Shown here: in pieces, positions 47,801-60,959 of the stretch | Numbering within the stretch: the first letter of the stretch is position 1 | Layout: every line of letters begins with the position of its first letter | DNA from: Octopus sinensis | Lineage: Eukaryota | Direction: 5' to 3' | Assembly: GCF_006345805.1 (NCBI RefSeq) | Contig: NC_043014.1 | Span: 248,001-312,000 of the forward strand | DNA length: 64,000 bases | Program-made: the position numbers and the translations under genes | The notes under the pieces: generated by a model | What the model saw: the letters and a program-made list of their open reading frames with translations, nothing else | What the model was told of the DNA's origin: nothing | The model's database searches: none

Positions 47801-50800
47801 TCCATTGACAACCGATGATAGCCTTTGCAGCCGATTAGGTTCACTGGTCAAGTAGCGAAGAAGCACCAGTTACCTCCCTTACATCACGCCTGATTTCTTT
47901 TCTCTCTTGACCCTTTTTCCTAACCCTTTTTGGCTACAGAAAAGGGAAGACGGGTGTTGTGTCTGACAGTGTCCTTCTTATTGACTCATATTTCACCGTG
48001 GAATAAGAAATGTCCATTTTCCTTAATCAGACCAGCAAGAACCAAACATACAAAAATAGATGTAGACATTTGAAAAACAGTTTTACTAATGGCAGTGCTC
48101 CAGCATGGCCGCAATCAAATGACTGAAACAAGTAAAAGAGTTATGTTGTGAAGCTGGGAGTAAACAAATTTGATTTTATCTAGATTAGATGACAAAATGG
48201 AAGCGGCTTAGTTTGAACCTGTAATTGCCAGGCCAATAACCCAGATGTTTAACCCCTCCTCCACTAGTGCGGTTTGGCAACCAATCTATGTCTTTAAGGT
48301 ACCATCAGAGTCAGAAAAGTTGAAACCCTCATTGACATTAGAGACTATAAAAAGACTTCATCATTTGGTACAGTAATTTGGGAGGTAAGAAGACTATAAT
48401 TCATATCAACAGTTTGTTTTCTGTGTGAAATACTTTTTAGAAATGGACCCTAGTGGCGCAAAAGCAAACAGAATAAACTCTACCGCTTTTGGAAAACAAT
48501 CAGTTTTGCACTCCATGATACGTGTAGCCACTAAGGTGACATGTGGCTGGTGGGGTGCAACCAATTTTATTGTAGGAAATAGGGAATATGCCATTCCATA
48601 TCTATGCATACATACCTTTAAATTTTCCTTATTTGCTTGTATATTCATTATTAATCTATATAAGAGCGAAACCAAAAACTGTACATTAGCCACATAACAT
48701 TGGAACCTGTACTTGTTGTATATCTAAAATTCTCTTTGTCTTCCCATTTGTTCGCAATGCATTCTCCAACGGCTCAACCAAATCAAATCAGATTTTACAT
48801 GGTAATAGTATCAGACCCCATCAGTGTCAACATGTCATTTTTCTTTCCATTTGGATTAAAACAATACAAAAGTGGCACTGATTCGGTAAAACAAGTCAAA
48901 CATGAGAGAATAACATCTATATTGTAATGTGACATAGGATTGTTTCACTTTTAATTCTAATTACATCCTAATGTGAGCAACATTACACATCGGCTTCTTT
49001 CTGTCTTTACAGGAACGGTGTGTCAGTGTGTGTTGACTGACAGAACAGACAGCTGAAGGGGAAACCCTTGACAAAAGACAATGAGGTGGCAGGCCCAAGG
49101 GATAGAAAAATACACATTTACCATTCAATTCTCAGTTAATAATTATCACAGCAACTGCAAATTTACCGTTAAATTAGCAATCCATACATGTGCTTCTATT
49201 TGGTTCATTTATTCTGCATACAAAAATAAAGACATATTACATACATACAACTGCTTACACGAAAAGAGATTTCTGTATAATTTCTTCTGTGTTCATAATT
49301 TTTGGTTTACAATATTGATAGAACTACCCCACCAAAGAAAAGACGTAATCTCTCCAGAAACAAGTACAAAGCAAGGAGGATTTTAGAAGACCAAAGGCAA
49401 GAGAGAGAGACGGTGAAACATTCTCAAGATCAGCAAAGGGATGCTGCAGCACATCAAAGGGGGTCTCAAGAGAGAAGCGAGATGAGACTTTCCCAAGATC
49501 AGCAAAGGGATGCTGCAGCACATCAAAGGGGGTCTCAAGAGAGAAGCGAGATGAGACTTTCCCAAGATCAGCAAAGGGATGCTGCAGCACATCAAAGGGG
49601 GTCTCAGAGAGAAGCGAGATGAGACTTTCCCAAGATCAGCAAAGGGATGCTGCAGCACATCAAAGGGGGTCTCAGAGAGAGAAGCGAGAGGAGACTTTCC
49701 CAAGATCAGCAAAGGGATGCTGCAGCACATCAAAGGGGGTCTCAAGAGAGAAGCGAGATGAGACTTTCCCAAGATCAGCAAAGGGATGCTGCAGCACATC
49801 AAAGGGGGTCTCAAGAGAGAAGCGAGATGAGACTTTCCCAAGATCAGCAAAGGGATGCTGCAGCACATCAAATGGGGTCTCAAGAGAGAAGCGAGAGAGA
49901 CTTTCCCAAGATCAGCAAAGGGATGCTGCAGCACATCAAAGGGGGTCTCAAGAGAGAAGCGAGAGAGATGAGACTTTCCCAAGATCAGCAAAGGGATGCT
50001 GCAGCACATCAAAGGGGGTCTCAAGAGAGAAGCGAGAGAGAGGAGACTTTCCCAAGATCAGCAAAGGGATGCTGCAGCACATCAAAGGGGGTCTCAAGAG
50101 AGAAGCGAGATGAGACTTTCCCAAGATCAGCAAAGGGATGCTGCAGCACATCAAAGGGGGTCTCAAGAGAGAAGCGAGAGGAGACTTTCCCAAGATCAGC
50201 AAAGGGATGCTGCAGCACATCAAAGGGGGTCTCAAGAGAGAAGCGAGAGGAGACTTTCCCAAGATCAGCAAAGGGATGCTGCAGCACATCAAAGGGGGTC
50301 TCAAGAGAGAAGCGAGAGGAGACTTCCCCAAGATCAGCAAAGGGATGCTGCAGCACATCAAAGGGGGTCTCAAGAGAGAAGCGAGATGAGACTTTCCCAA
50401 GATCAGCAAAGGGATGCTGCAGCACATCAAAGGGGGTCTCAAGAGAGAAGCGAGATGAGACTTCCCAAGATCAGCAAGGGATGCTGCAGCACATCAAAGG
50501 GGGTCTCAAGAGAGAAGCGAGATGAGACTTTCCCAAGATCAGCAAAGGGATGCTGCAGCACATCAAAGGGGGTCTCAAGAGAGAAGCGAGATGAGACTTT
50601 CCCAAGATCAGCAAAGGGATGCTGCAGCACATCAAAGGGGTCTCAAGAGAGAAGCGAGATGAGACTTTCCCAAGATCAGCAAAGGGATGCTGCAGCACAT
50701 CAAAGGGGGTCTCAAGAGAGAAGCGAGATGAGACTTCCCCAAGATCAGCAAAGGGATGCTGCAGCACTTAATCCAGAATCATTAAACCAACTTTGTTTTA

Positions 50801-53800
50801 ATGATTAGACAAGGGTCCAACAGAACAGCTCTCAGAAACACACTACGTACAAATTCGTTCTTCACAACTCCTGGAGCAGCTTCCAGATATAATCCATCCC
50901 ATTCTTATAAAAAAGATAATCTTGTCCAAATTGTTGTGTATAAACTCAAATTGTCATTTCTGCAAAGCTTTAAAATTTCCAAAGGAAACTAACGGGATGT
51001 GCTGCTCAGGTGGGCAGGTAACATTGTCAGCACTACCAACTCTTTCTCAACCACTTATGGATCTTCTGGAAGGTACTTCCATCCAGTCAAAGGATTTTCT
51101 GAAGAATATCAGACAATACAACTCTGCATTCCAAATGACATCGTTTGGTTCATCTAAGGAGATAGTTGACCATGGATTTACACCGACGTTCAAAGTTCAA
51201 GGGCAAGATCACCTCATTGGTTCTCCGTTACGCACAAATGAACAACCACAGTTCCTGCAAATTTACTTTATGAATGATGTTGGACAACAAACCTGAGGGA
51301 GGTGTCCAAACTGCAGGCGATGGGTCAAGTTAGACGCAGCACCGACTGCTGCAAAGGAGGAGTATATCCACTGACAACATATCAGTGCATTCAAATATCA
51401 CATGCCCACCCCACCTCCAATTTTCCAGGATTGGTTAGGGCTTGGAATACACCAAACAGACAAATCACAAGTCGCTTAGTCGAATTGGCCATCGTTTAAT
51501 CCACAATGTTTTTTCATCAATGTTGCACTTTCCCGTATCACCTCTTTCAACATAACTGTAGTTTATTATATATATATGTATCAAATGAAAAACAGGAAAC
51601 AAAGGATGTTGCGGTACATATGTTTCAGGCTTTATAGAATAACTTATTCTTACATCGACATAACAGATAGTTCAAAAGCCTTCTGCAGCCGCGTGCAATT
51701 GCTACACCAAAGACTTGTATCACATTATAAAAGGTTTGAGAAAAAACATTTGGAATTGTTTACCATTATAAACAATACCAAAAATATATTTGTGTTCTGA
51801 GTTCTACTTTCCTGTTTCCATCAGCATGCACACACACACACATACATACATATATATATAAATTCAACAATAGCTAATTTGACACACCCACTGAATCAAT
51901 ATCGTGTTACTATAAACTATTCTCAGTCATGTACACAAATGAACACCACAACAGGACTTCCTAGAGTAATTCACTTTGCTAATTAATGGATTCCTCACAC
52001 TCTACCATTAAATCCTGCACTGCTGCTCTTGCCAGTTACCAAACTAAACCACTGTTTGCTGGGATGTGTTTGAGGTACCATCAGAGTCAGAAAAGTTCTC
52101 CCCTCATTGATGTTAGAGACTGGAATGCTTTCATCATTTGGCACAACACACCACCGCAGGCATATACTAAACATCGCAGAGATTTATGGAACACAGCCTT
52201 TAGCATCTAAACCCCATTGGGATATACTAAGCACAAACTTTATCATCCAATTTTATATCAATGCTAACCTGGCTAAAACTAATGCCATTTCCATTATCAT
52301 TGCTGACAACTCTAAGAAGCAAAGTATATCCAATTGTAAAATAATTGCCATTAGTCTATGCAAATGTTTCAATTTGCACAACTATCAACAAAAGTACACA
52401 AGAAAAAAATTAATTTCACAAAGTGGACTTGTTTGTGACCAAATGACCAGTCATTCAGTTCTTAAAAACAGCATACAAGTGTAACATTGCACTACAGATC
52501 TCAGTAACACTTTACTCCTTGATAGACATATGTGTACTTGAAAAAGTACACATCATTAATACAGATATGATACGGAGACCAAAATTATCTCAAAATCTTC
52601 TCCACAGCAGAGCCATGACCACCACGTCCTTACCAATATGACCACCACAATAATTATAGAAATAATGAGGAAAAATACATTTCATATTTAATCAAGAAAA
52701 ACTATGATCAACGTATGGAAGGGGACATGGGTTAAGTGATGTGTTTAAGGTAGCATCAGAGTCAGAAAAGTTGAAACCCTCATTCGTATTAGAGACTAGA
52801 AGAAGACTTCATCATTTGATACAACACATCAGCAGGAGATTAGCGAATTAAAGCCCGACAATTCAAAGCTAGAAAACATTGAACTTGTTACACTGAGAAA
52901 CCCAATGTCTCCATAACAAAGCACAATTTACAAAACAAAAGCAAAGGGGACACATTTTATATCATAAAAAGTTGCACACAAATAACATCCACTCCATCAC
53001 TGCAATTCGGAAACCAAAACGGCTATCTTGGGAGAAGGGGTTGTAGGTCGGTCGAGCTTACATAAATACCATTTTTATTAAGTAAAATATTTTTACAGGA
53101 GGGAAAAAATTAAAAGTAGAAATTATTGAGGAAAAAACCCCCAAATTAGACGTCCAAATAGAGACGCAAATCATCTCAAAAATCTTCTCCCCACAGCAAA
53201 CAGGCAATTTACCTCCAAATCTTGGCCCCCAAATATGAACAGCCTCACAAATATGTAAAGCAAATAGCTGAGCCTGGTGAACCACGAATAAACCGGTTCT
53301 ATTCTGATTCGATTATCTTACAACTCCACCCAGGTCCATTGACAACCGATGATAGCCTTTGCAGCTGATTAGGTTCACTGGTCAAGTAGCGAAGAAGCAC
53401 CAGTTACCTCCCTTACGTCACGCCTGATTTCTTTTCTCTCTTGACCCTTTTTCCTAACCCTTTTTGGCTACAGAAAAGGGAAGACGGGTGTTGTGTCTGA
53501 CAGTGTCCTTCTTATTGACTCATATTTCACCGTGGAATAAGAAATGTCCATTTTCCTTAATCAGACCAGCAAGAACCAAACATACAAAAATAGATGTAGA
53601 CATTTGAAAAACAGTTTTACTAATGGCAGTGCTCCAGCATGGCCGCAATCAAATGACTGAAACAAGTAAAAGAGTTATGTTGTGAAGCTGGGAGTAAACA
53701 AATTTGATTTTATCTAGATTAGATGACAAAATGGAAGCGGCTTAGTTTGAACCTGTAATTGCCAGGCCAATAACCCAGATGTTTAACCCCTCCTCCACTA

Positions 53801-56800
53801 GTGCGGTTTGGCAACCAATCTATGTCTTTAAGGTACCATCAGAGTCAGAAAAGTTGAAACCCTCATTGACATTAGAGACTATAAAAAGACTTCATCATTT
53901 GGTACAGTAATTTGGGAGGTAAGAAGACTATAATTCATATCAACAGTTTGTTTTCTGTGTGAAATACTTTTTAGAAATGGACCCTAGTGGTGCAAAAGCA
54001 AACAGAATAAACTCTACCGCTTTTGGAAAACAATCAGTTTTGCACTCCATGATACGTGTAGCCACTAAGGTGACATGTGGATGGTGGGGTGCAACCAATT
54101 TTATTGTAGGAAATAGGGAATATGCCATTCCATATCTATGCATACATACCTTTAAATTTTCCTTATTTGCTTGTATATTCATTATTAATCTATATAAGAG
54201 CGAAACCAAAAACTGTACATTAGCCACATAACATTGGAACCTGTACTTGTTGTATATCTAAAATTCTCTTTGTCTTCCCATTTGTTCGCAATGCATTCTC
54301 CAACGGCTCAACCAAATCAAATCAGATTTTACATGGTAATAGTATCAGACCCCATCAGTGTCAACATGTCATTTTTCTTTCCATTTGGATTAAAACAATA
54401 CAAAAGTGGCACTGATTCGGTAAAACAAGTCAAACATGAGAGAATAACATCTATATTGTAATGTGACATAGGATTGTTTCACTTTTAATTCTAATTACAT
54501 CCTAATGTGAGCAACATTACACATCGGCTTCTTTCTGTCTTTACAGGAACGGTGTGTCAGTGTGTGTTGACTGACAGAACAGACAGCTGAAGGGGAAACC
54601 CTTGACAAAAGACAATGAGGTGGCAGGCCCAAGGGATAGAAAAATACACATTTACCATTCAATTCTCAGTTAATAATTATCACAGCAACTGCAAATTTAC
54701 CGTTAAATTAGCAATCCATACATGTGCTTCTATTTGGTTCATTTATTCTGCATACAAAAATAAAGACATATTACATACATACAACTGCTTACACGAAAAG
54801 AGATTTCTGTATAATTTCTTCTGTGTTCATAATTTTTGGTTTACAATATTGATAGAACTACCCCACCAAAGAAAAGACGTAATCTCTCCAGAAACAAGTA
54901 CAAAGCAAGGAGGATTTTAGAAGACCAAAGGCAAGAGAGAAAGACGGTGAAACATTCTCAAGATCAGCAAAGGGATGCTGCAGCACATCAAAGGGGGTCT
55001 CAAGAGAGAAGTGAGATGAGACTTTCCCAAGATCAGCAAAGGGATGCTGCAGCACATCAAAGGGGGTCTCAAGAGAGAAGCGAGATGAGACTTTCCCAAG
55101 ATCAGCAAAGGGATGCTGCAGCACATCAAAGGGGGTCTCAAGAGAGAAGCGAGATGAGACTTTCCCAAGATCAGCAAGGGATGCTGCAGCACATCAAAGG
55201 GGGTCTCAAGAGAGAAGCGAGAGGAGACTTTCCCAAGATCAGCAAAGGGATGCTGCAGCACATCAAAGGGGGTCTCAAGAGAGAAGCGAGAGGAGACTTC
55301 CCCAAGATCAGCAAAGGGATGCTGCAGCACATCAAAGGGGGTCTCAGAGAGAAGCGAGATGAGACTTTCCCAAGATCAGCAAAGGGATGCTGCAGCACAT
55401 CAAAGGGGGTCTCAAGAGAGAAGCGAGATGAGACTTCCCCAAGATCAGCAAAGGGATGCTGCAGCACATCAAAGGGGGTCTCAAGAGAGAAGCGAGATGA
55501 GACTTTCCCAAGATCAGCAAAGGGATGCTGCAGCACATCAAAGGGGGTCTCAAGAGAGAAGCGAGATGAGACTTTCCCAAGATCAGCAAAGGGATGCTGC
55601 AGCACATCAAAGGGGGTCTCAAGAGAGAGCGAGATGAGACTTTCCCAAGATCAGCAAAGGGATGCTGCAGCACATCAAAGGGGGTCTCAAGAGAGAAGCG
55701 AGATGAGACTTTCCCAAGATCAGCAAAGGGATGCTGCAGCACATCAAAGGGGGTCTCAAGAGAGAAGCGAGATGAGACTTTCCCAAGATCAGCAAAGGGA
55801 TGCTGCAGCACATCAAAGGGGGTCTCAAGAGAGAAGCGAGATGAGACTTCCCCAAGATCAGCAAAGGGATGCTGCAGCACATCAAAGGGGGTCTCAAGAG
55901 AGAAGCGAGAGGAGACTTTCCCAAGATCAGCAAAGGGATGCTGCAGCACATCAAAGGGGGTCTCAAGAGAGAAGCGAGATGAGACTTTCCCAAGATCAGC
56001 AAAGGGATGCTGCAGCACATCAAAGGGGGTCTCAAGAGAGAAGCGAGATGAGACTTTCCCAAGATCAGCAAAGGGATGCTGCAGCACATCAAAGGGGGTC
56101 TCAAGAGAGAAGCGAGATGAGACTTCCCCAAGATCAGCAAAGGGATGCTGCAGCACATCAAAGGGGGTCTCAAGAGAAGCGAGATGAGACTTTCCAAGAT
56201 CAGCAAAGGGATGCTGCAGCACATCAAAGGGGGTCTCAAGAGAGAAGCGAGATGAGACTTCCCAAGATCAGCAAAGGGATGCTGCAGCACATCAAAGGGG
56301 GTCTCAAGAGAGAAGCGAGAGGAGACTTTCCCAAGATCAGCAAAGGGATGCTGCAGCACATCAAAGGGGGTCTCAAGAGAGAAGCGAGATGAGACTTTCC
56401 AAGATCAGCAAAGGGATGCTGCAGCACATCAAAGGGGTCTCAAGAGAGAAGCGAGATGAGACTTTCCCAAGATCAGCAAAGGGATGCTGCAGCACATCAA
56501 AGGGGGTCTCAAGAGAGAAGCGAGATGAGACTTCCCCAAGATCAGCAAAGGGATGCTGCAGCACATCAAAGGGGGTCTCAAGAGAGAAGCGAGATGAGAC
56601 TTTCCCAAGATCAGCAAAGGATGCTGCAGCACATCAAAGGGGGTCTCAAGAGAGAAGCGAGATGAGACTTCCCAAGATCAGCAAAGGGATGCTGCAGCAC
56701 ATCAAAGGGGGTCTCAAGAGAGAAGCGAGATGAGACTTCCCCAAGATCAGCAAAGGGATGCTGCAGCACATCAAAGGGGGTCTCAAGAGAGAAGCGAGAT

Positions 56801-58462
56801 GAGACTTTCCCAAGATCAGCAAAGGGATGCTGCAGCACATCAAAGGGGGTCTCAAGAGAGAAGCGAGATGAGACTTTCCCAGATCAGCAAAGGGATGCTG
56901 CAGCACATCAAAGGGGGTCTCAAGAGAGAAGCGAGATGAGACTTCCCCAAGATCAGCAAAGGGATGCTGCAGCACATCAAAGGGGGTCTCAAGAGAGAAG
57001 CGAGATGAGACTTTCCCAAGATCAGCAAAGGGATGCTGCAGCACATCAAAGGGGGTCTCAAGAGAGAAGCGAGATGAGACTTCCCCAAGATCAGCAAAGG
57101 GATGCTGCAGCACATCAAAGGGGGTCTCAAGAGAGAAGCGAGATGAGACTTCCCCAAGATCAGCAAAGGGATGCTGCAGCACATCAAAGGGGGTCTCAAG
57201 AGAGAAGCGAGATGAGACTTTCCCAAGATCAGCAAAGGGATGCTGCAGCACATCAAAGGGGTCTCAAGAGAGAAGCGAGATGAGACTTCCCCAAGATCAG
57301 CAAAGGGATGCTGCAGCACATCAAAGGGGGTCTCAAGAGAGAAGCGAGATGAGACTTCCCCAAGATCAGCAAAGGGATGCTGCAGCACTTAATCCAGAAT
57401 CATTAAAACAACTTTGTTTTAATGATTAGACAAGGGTCCAACAGAACAGCTCTCAGAAACACACTACGTACAAATTCGTTCTTCACAACTCCTGGAGCAG
57501 CTTCCAGATATAATCCATCCCATTCTTATAAAAAAGATAATCTTGTCCAAATTGTTGTGTATAAACTCAAATTGTCATTTCTGCAAAGCTTTAAAATTTC
57601 CAAAGGAAACTAACGGGATGTGCTGCTCAGGTGGGCAGGTAACATTGTCAGCACTACCAACTCTTTCTCAACCACTTATGGATCTTCTGGAAGGTACTTC
57701 CATCCAGTCAAAGGATTTTCTGAAGAATATCAGACAATACAACTCTGCATTCCAAATGACATCGTTTGGTTCATCTAAGGAGATAGTTGACCATGGATTT
57801 ACACCGACGTTCAAAGTTCAAGGGCAAGATCACCTCATTGGTTCTCCGTTACGCACAAATGAACAACCACAGTTCCTGCAAATTTACTTTATGAATGATG
57901 TTGGACAACAAACCTGAAGGAGGTGTCCAAACTGCAGGCGATGGGACATGTTAGACGCAGCACCGACTGCTGCAAAGGAGGAGTATATCCACTGACAACA
58001 TATCAGTGCATTCAAAAATCACATGCCCACCCCACCTCCAATTTTCCAGGATTGGTTAGGGCTTGGAATACACCAAACAGACAAATCACAAGTCGCTTAG
58101 TCGAATTGGCCCATCGTTTAATCCACAAATGTTTTTTCATCAATGTTGCACTTTCCCGTATCACCTCTTTCAACATACCTGTAGTTTATTATATATATAT
58201 GTATCAAATGAAAAACAGGAAACAAAGGATGTTGCGGTACATATGTTTCAGGCTTTATAGAATAACTTATTCTTACATCGACATAACAGATAGTTCAAAA
58301 GCCTTCTGCAGCCGCGTGCAATTGCTACACCAAAGACTTGTATCACATTATAAAAGGTTTGAGAAAAAACATTTGGAATTGTTTACCATTATAAACAATA
58401 CCAAAAATATATTTGTGTTCTGAGTTCTACTTTCCTGTTTCCATCAGCATGCACACACACAC

Positions 58463-58503
<41 letters not shown>

Positions 58504-60923
58504 AATTCAACATTAGCTAATTTGACACACCCACTGAATCAATATCGTGTTACTATAAACTATTCTCAGTCATGTACACAAATGAACACCACAACAGGGT
58601 TCCTAGAGTAATTCACTTTGCTAATTAATTGGATTCCTCACACTCTACCATTAAATGCCTGCACTGCTGCTCTTGCCAGTTACCAAACTAAACCATTGTT
58701 TGCTGGGATGTGTTTGAGGTACCATCAGAGTCAGAAAAGTTTCTCCCTCATTGATGTTAGAGACTGGAATGCTTTCATCATTTGGCACAACACACCACCG
58801 CAGGCATATACGAAACATCGCAGAGATTTATGGAACACAGCCTTTAGCATCTAAACCCCATTGGGATATACTAAGCACAAACTTTATCATCCAATTTTAT
58901 ATCAATGCTAACCTGGCTAAAACTAATGCCATTTCCATTATCATTGCTGACAACTCTAAGAACCAAAGTATATCCAATTGTAAAATAATTGCCATTAGTC
59001 TATGCAAATGTTTCAATTTGCACAACCATTAACAAAAGTACACAAGAAAAAAATTAATTTCACAAAGTGGACTTGTTTGTGACCAAATGACCAGTCATTC
59101 AGTTCTTAAAAACAGTATACAAGTGTAACATTGCACTACAGATCTCAGTAACACTTTACTCCTTGATAGACATATGTGTACTTGAAAAAGTACACATCAT
59201 TAATACAGATATGATACGGAGACCAAAATTATCTCAAAATCTTCTCCACAGCAGAGCCATGACCACCACGTCCTTACCAATATGACCACCACAATAATTA
59301 TAGAAATAATGAGGAAAAATACATTTCATATTTAATCAAGAAAAACTATGATCAATGTATGGAAGGGGACATGGGTTAAGTGATGTGTTTAAGGTAGCAT
59401 CAGAGTCAGAAAAGTTGAAACCCTCATTGGTATTAGAGACTAGATGAAGACTTCATCATTTGATACAACACATCAGCAGGAGATTAGCGAATTAAAGCCC
59501 GACAATTCAAAGCTAGAAAACATTGAACTTGTTACACTGAGAAACCCAATGTCTCCATAACAAAGCACAATTTACAAAACAAAAGCAAAGGGGACACATT
59601 TTATATCATAAAAAGTTGTACACAAACAACATCCACTCCATCACTGCAATTCGGAAACCAAAATGGCTATCTTGGGAGAAGGGGTTGTAGGTCGGTCGAG
59701 CTTACATAAATACCATTTTTATTAAGTAAAATATTTTTACAGGAGGGAAAAAATTAAAAGTAGAAATTATTGAGGAAAAAACCCCCAAATTAGACGTCCA
59801 AATAGAGACACAAATTATCTCAAAAATCTTCTCCCCACAGCAAACAGGCAATTTACCTCCAAATATCAACAGCCTCACAAATATGTAAAGCAAATAGCTG
59901 AGCCTGGTGAACCACGAATAAACCGGTTCTATTCTGATTCGATTATCTTACAACTCCACCCAGGTCCATTGACAACCGATGATAGCCTTTGCAGCCGATT
60001 AGGTTCACTGGTCAAGTAGCGAAGAAGCACCAGTTACCTCCCTTACATCACGCCTGATTTCTTTTCTCTCTTGACCCTTTTTCCTAACCCTTTTTTGCTA
60101 CAGAAAAGGGAAGACGGTGTTGTGTCTGACAGAGTCCTTCTTATTGACTCATATTTCACCGTGGAATAAGAAATGTCCATTTTCCTTAATCAGACCAGCA
60201 AGAACCAAACATACAAAAATAGATGTAGACATTTGAAAAACAGTTTTACTAATGGCAGTGCTCCAGCATGGCCGCAGTCAAATGACTGAAACAAGTAAAA
60301 GAGTTATGTTGTGAAGCTGGGAGTAAACAAATTTGATTTTATCTAGATTAGATGACAAAATGGAAGTGGCTTAGTTTGAACCTGTAATTGCCAGGCCAAT
60401 AACCCAGATGTTTAACCCCTGCACTATTGTGGTTCGGCAACCAATCTATGTCTTTAAGGTACCATCAGAGTCAGAAAAGTTGAAACCCTCATTGACATTA
60501 GAGACTACAAAAAGACTTCATCATTTGGTACAGTAATTTGGTAGGCTTTGCATCAGTCAGCTGGTCTTCCTCTAATACAGTAATTCTCTTGGTGATAATA
60601 AATTGATGGTCGTATTAATAGGCAATCTATTCACTAATTACTGCTTACACCCTCACAATTTATTTGACGATTTCTTGGTTCAATTTTATGTCCGTTTTGT
60701 CATGCTAATATGGATTACACAAACATATTACTGAGGCTTCAGTCTTACAGGCAGATACTCTCTGTAGTGTCAAGCGTTGCCTGTTCTTCATATAAGTTAT
60801 CTTTTATTCCATAAGTCTTCAAAGGCGCAAGGCCAAAAGACAATTTAGTGACAGGGGAAATAGAATCATGACTTGTGACTCAGCAATTTGCAGAGAAGCA
60901 CAGACACACACACAGAGTAACCA

Positions 60924-60959
<36 letters not shown>

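Larger units (their letters stand above)
46331..60541. repeat. Tandem A-B-A-B-A segmental repeat: A1 46331-48381, B1 48382-51859, A2 51860-53915, B2 53916-58502, A3 58503-60541
   Basis: Near-identical sequence recurs (start aaattcaaca(t/a)tagctaatttgacacaccc, end catttggtacagtaatttgg) and the ORF track repeats the same peptides at offsets of about 5.5 and 6.6 kb. The B length difference (about 1.1 kb) is about 16 minisatellite units. Confidence 0.95.

Noticed and set aside
46331-48381. A blocks as LTRs of an LTR retrotransposon
   Set aside because: No TG...CA ends, PBS or PPT that I could find, and the internal region is Helitron-like rather than gag/pol.
49421-57387. 69-bp arrays as a CRISPR array
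   Set aside because: Units are head-to-tail with no unique spacers, there are no cas genes, the context is eukaryotic, and the unit is an in-frame protein repeat of a Helitron.
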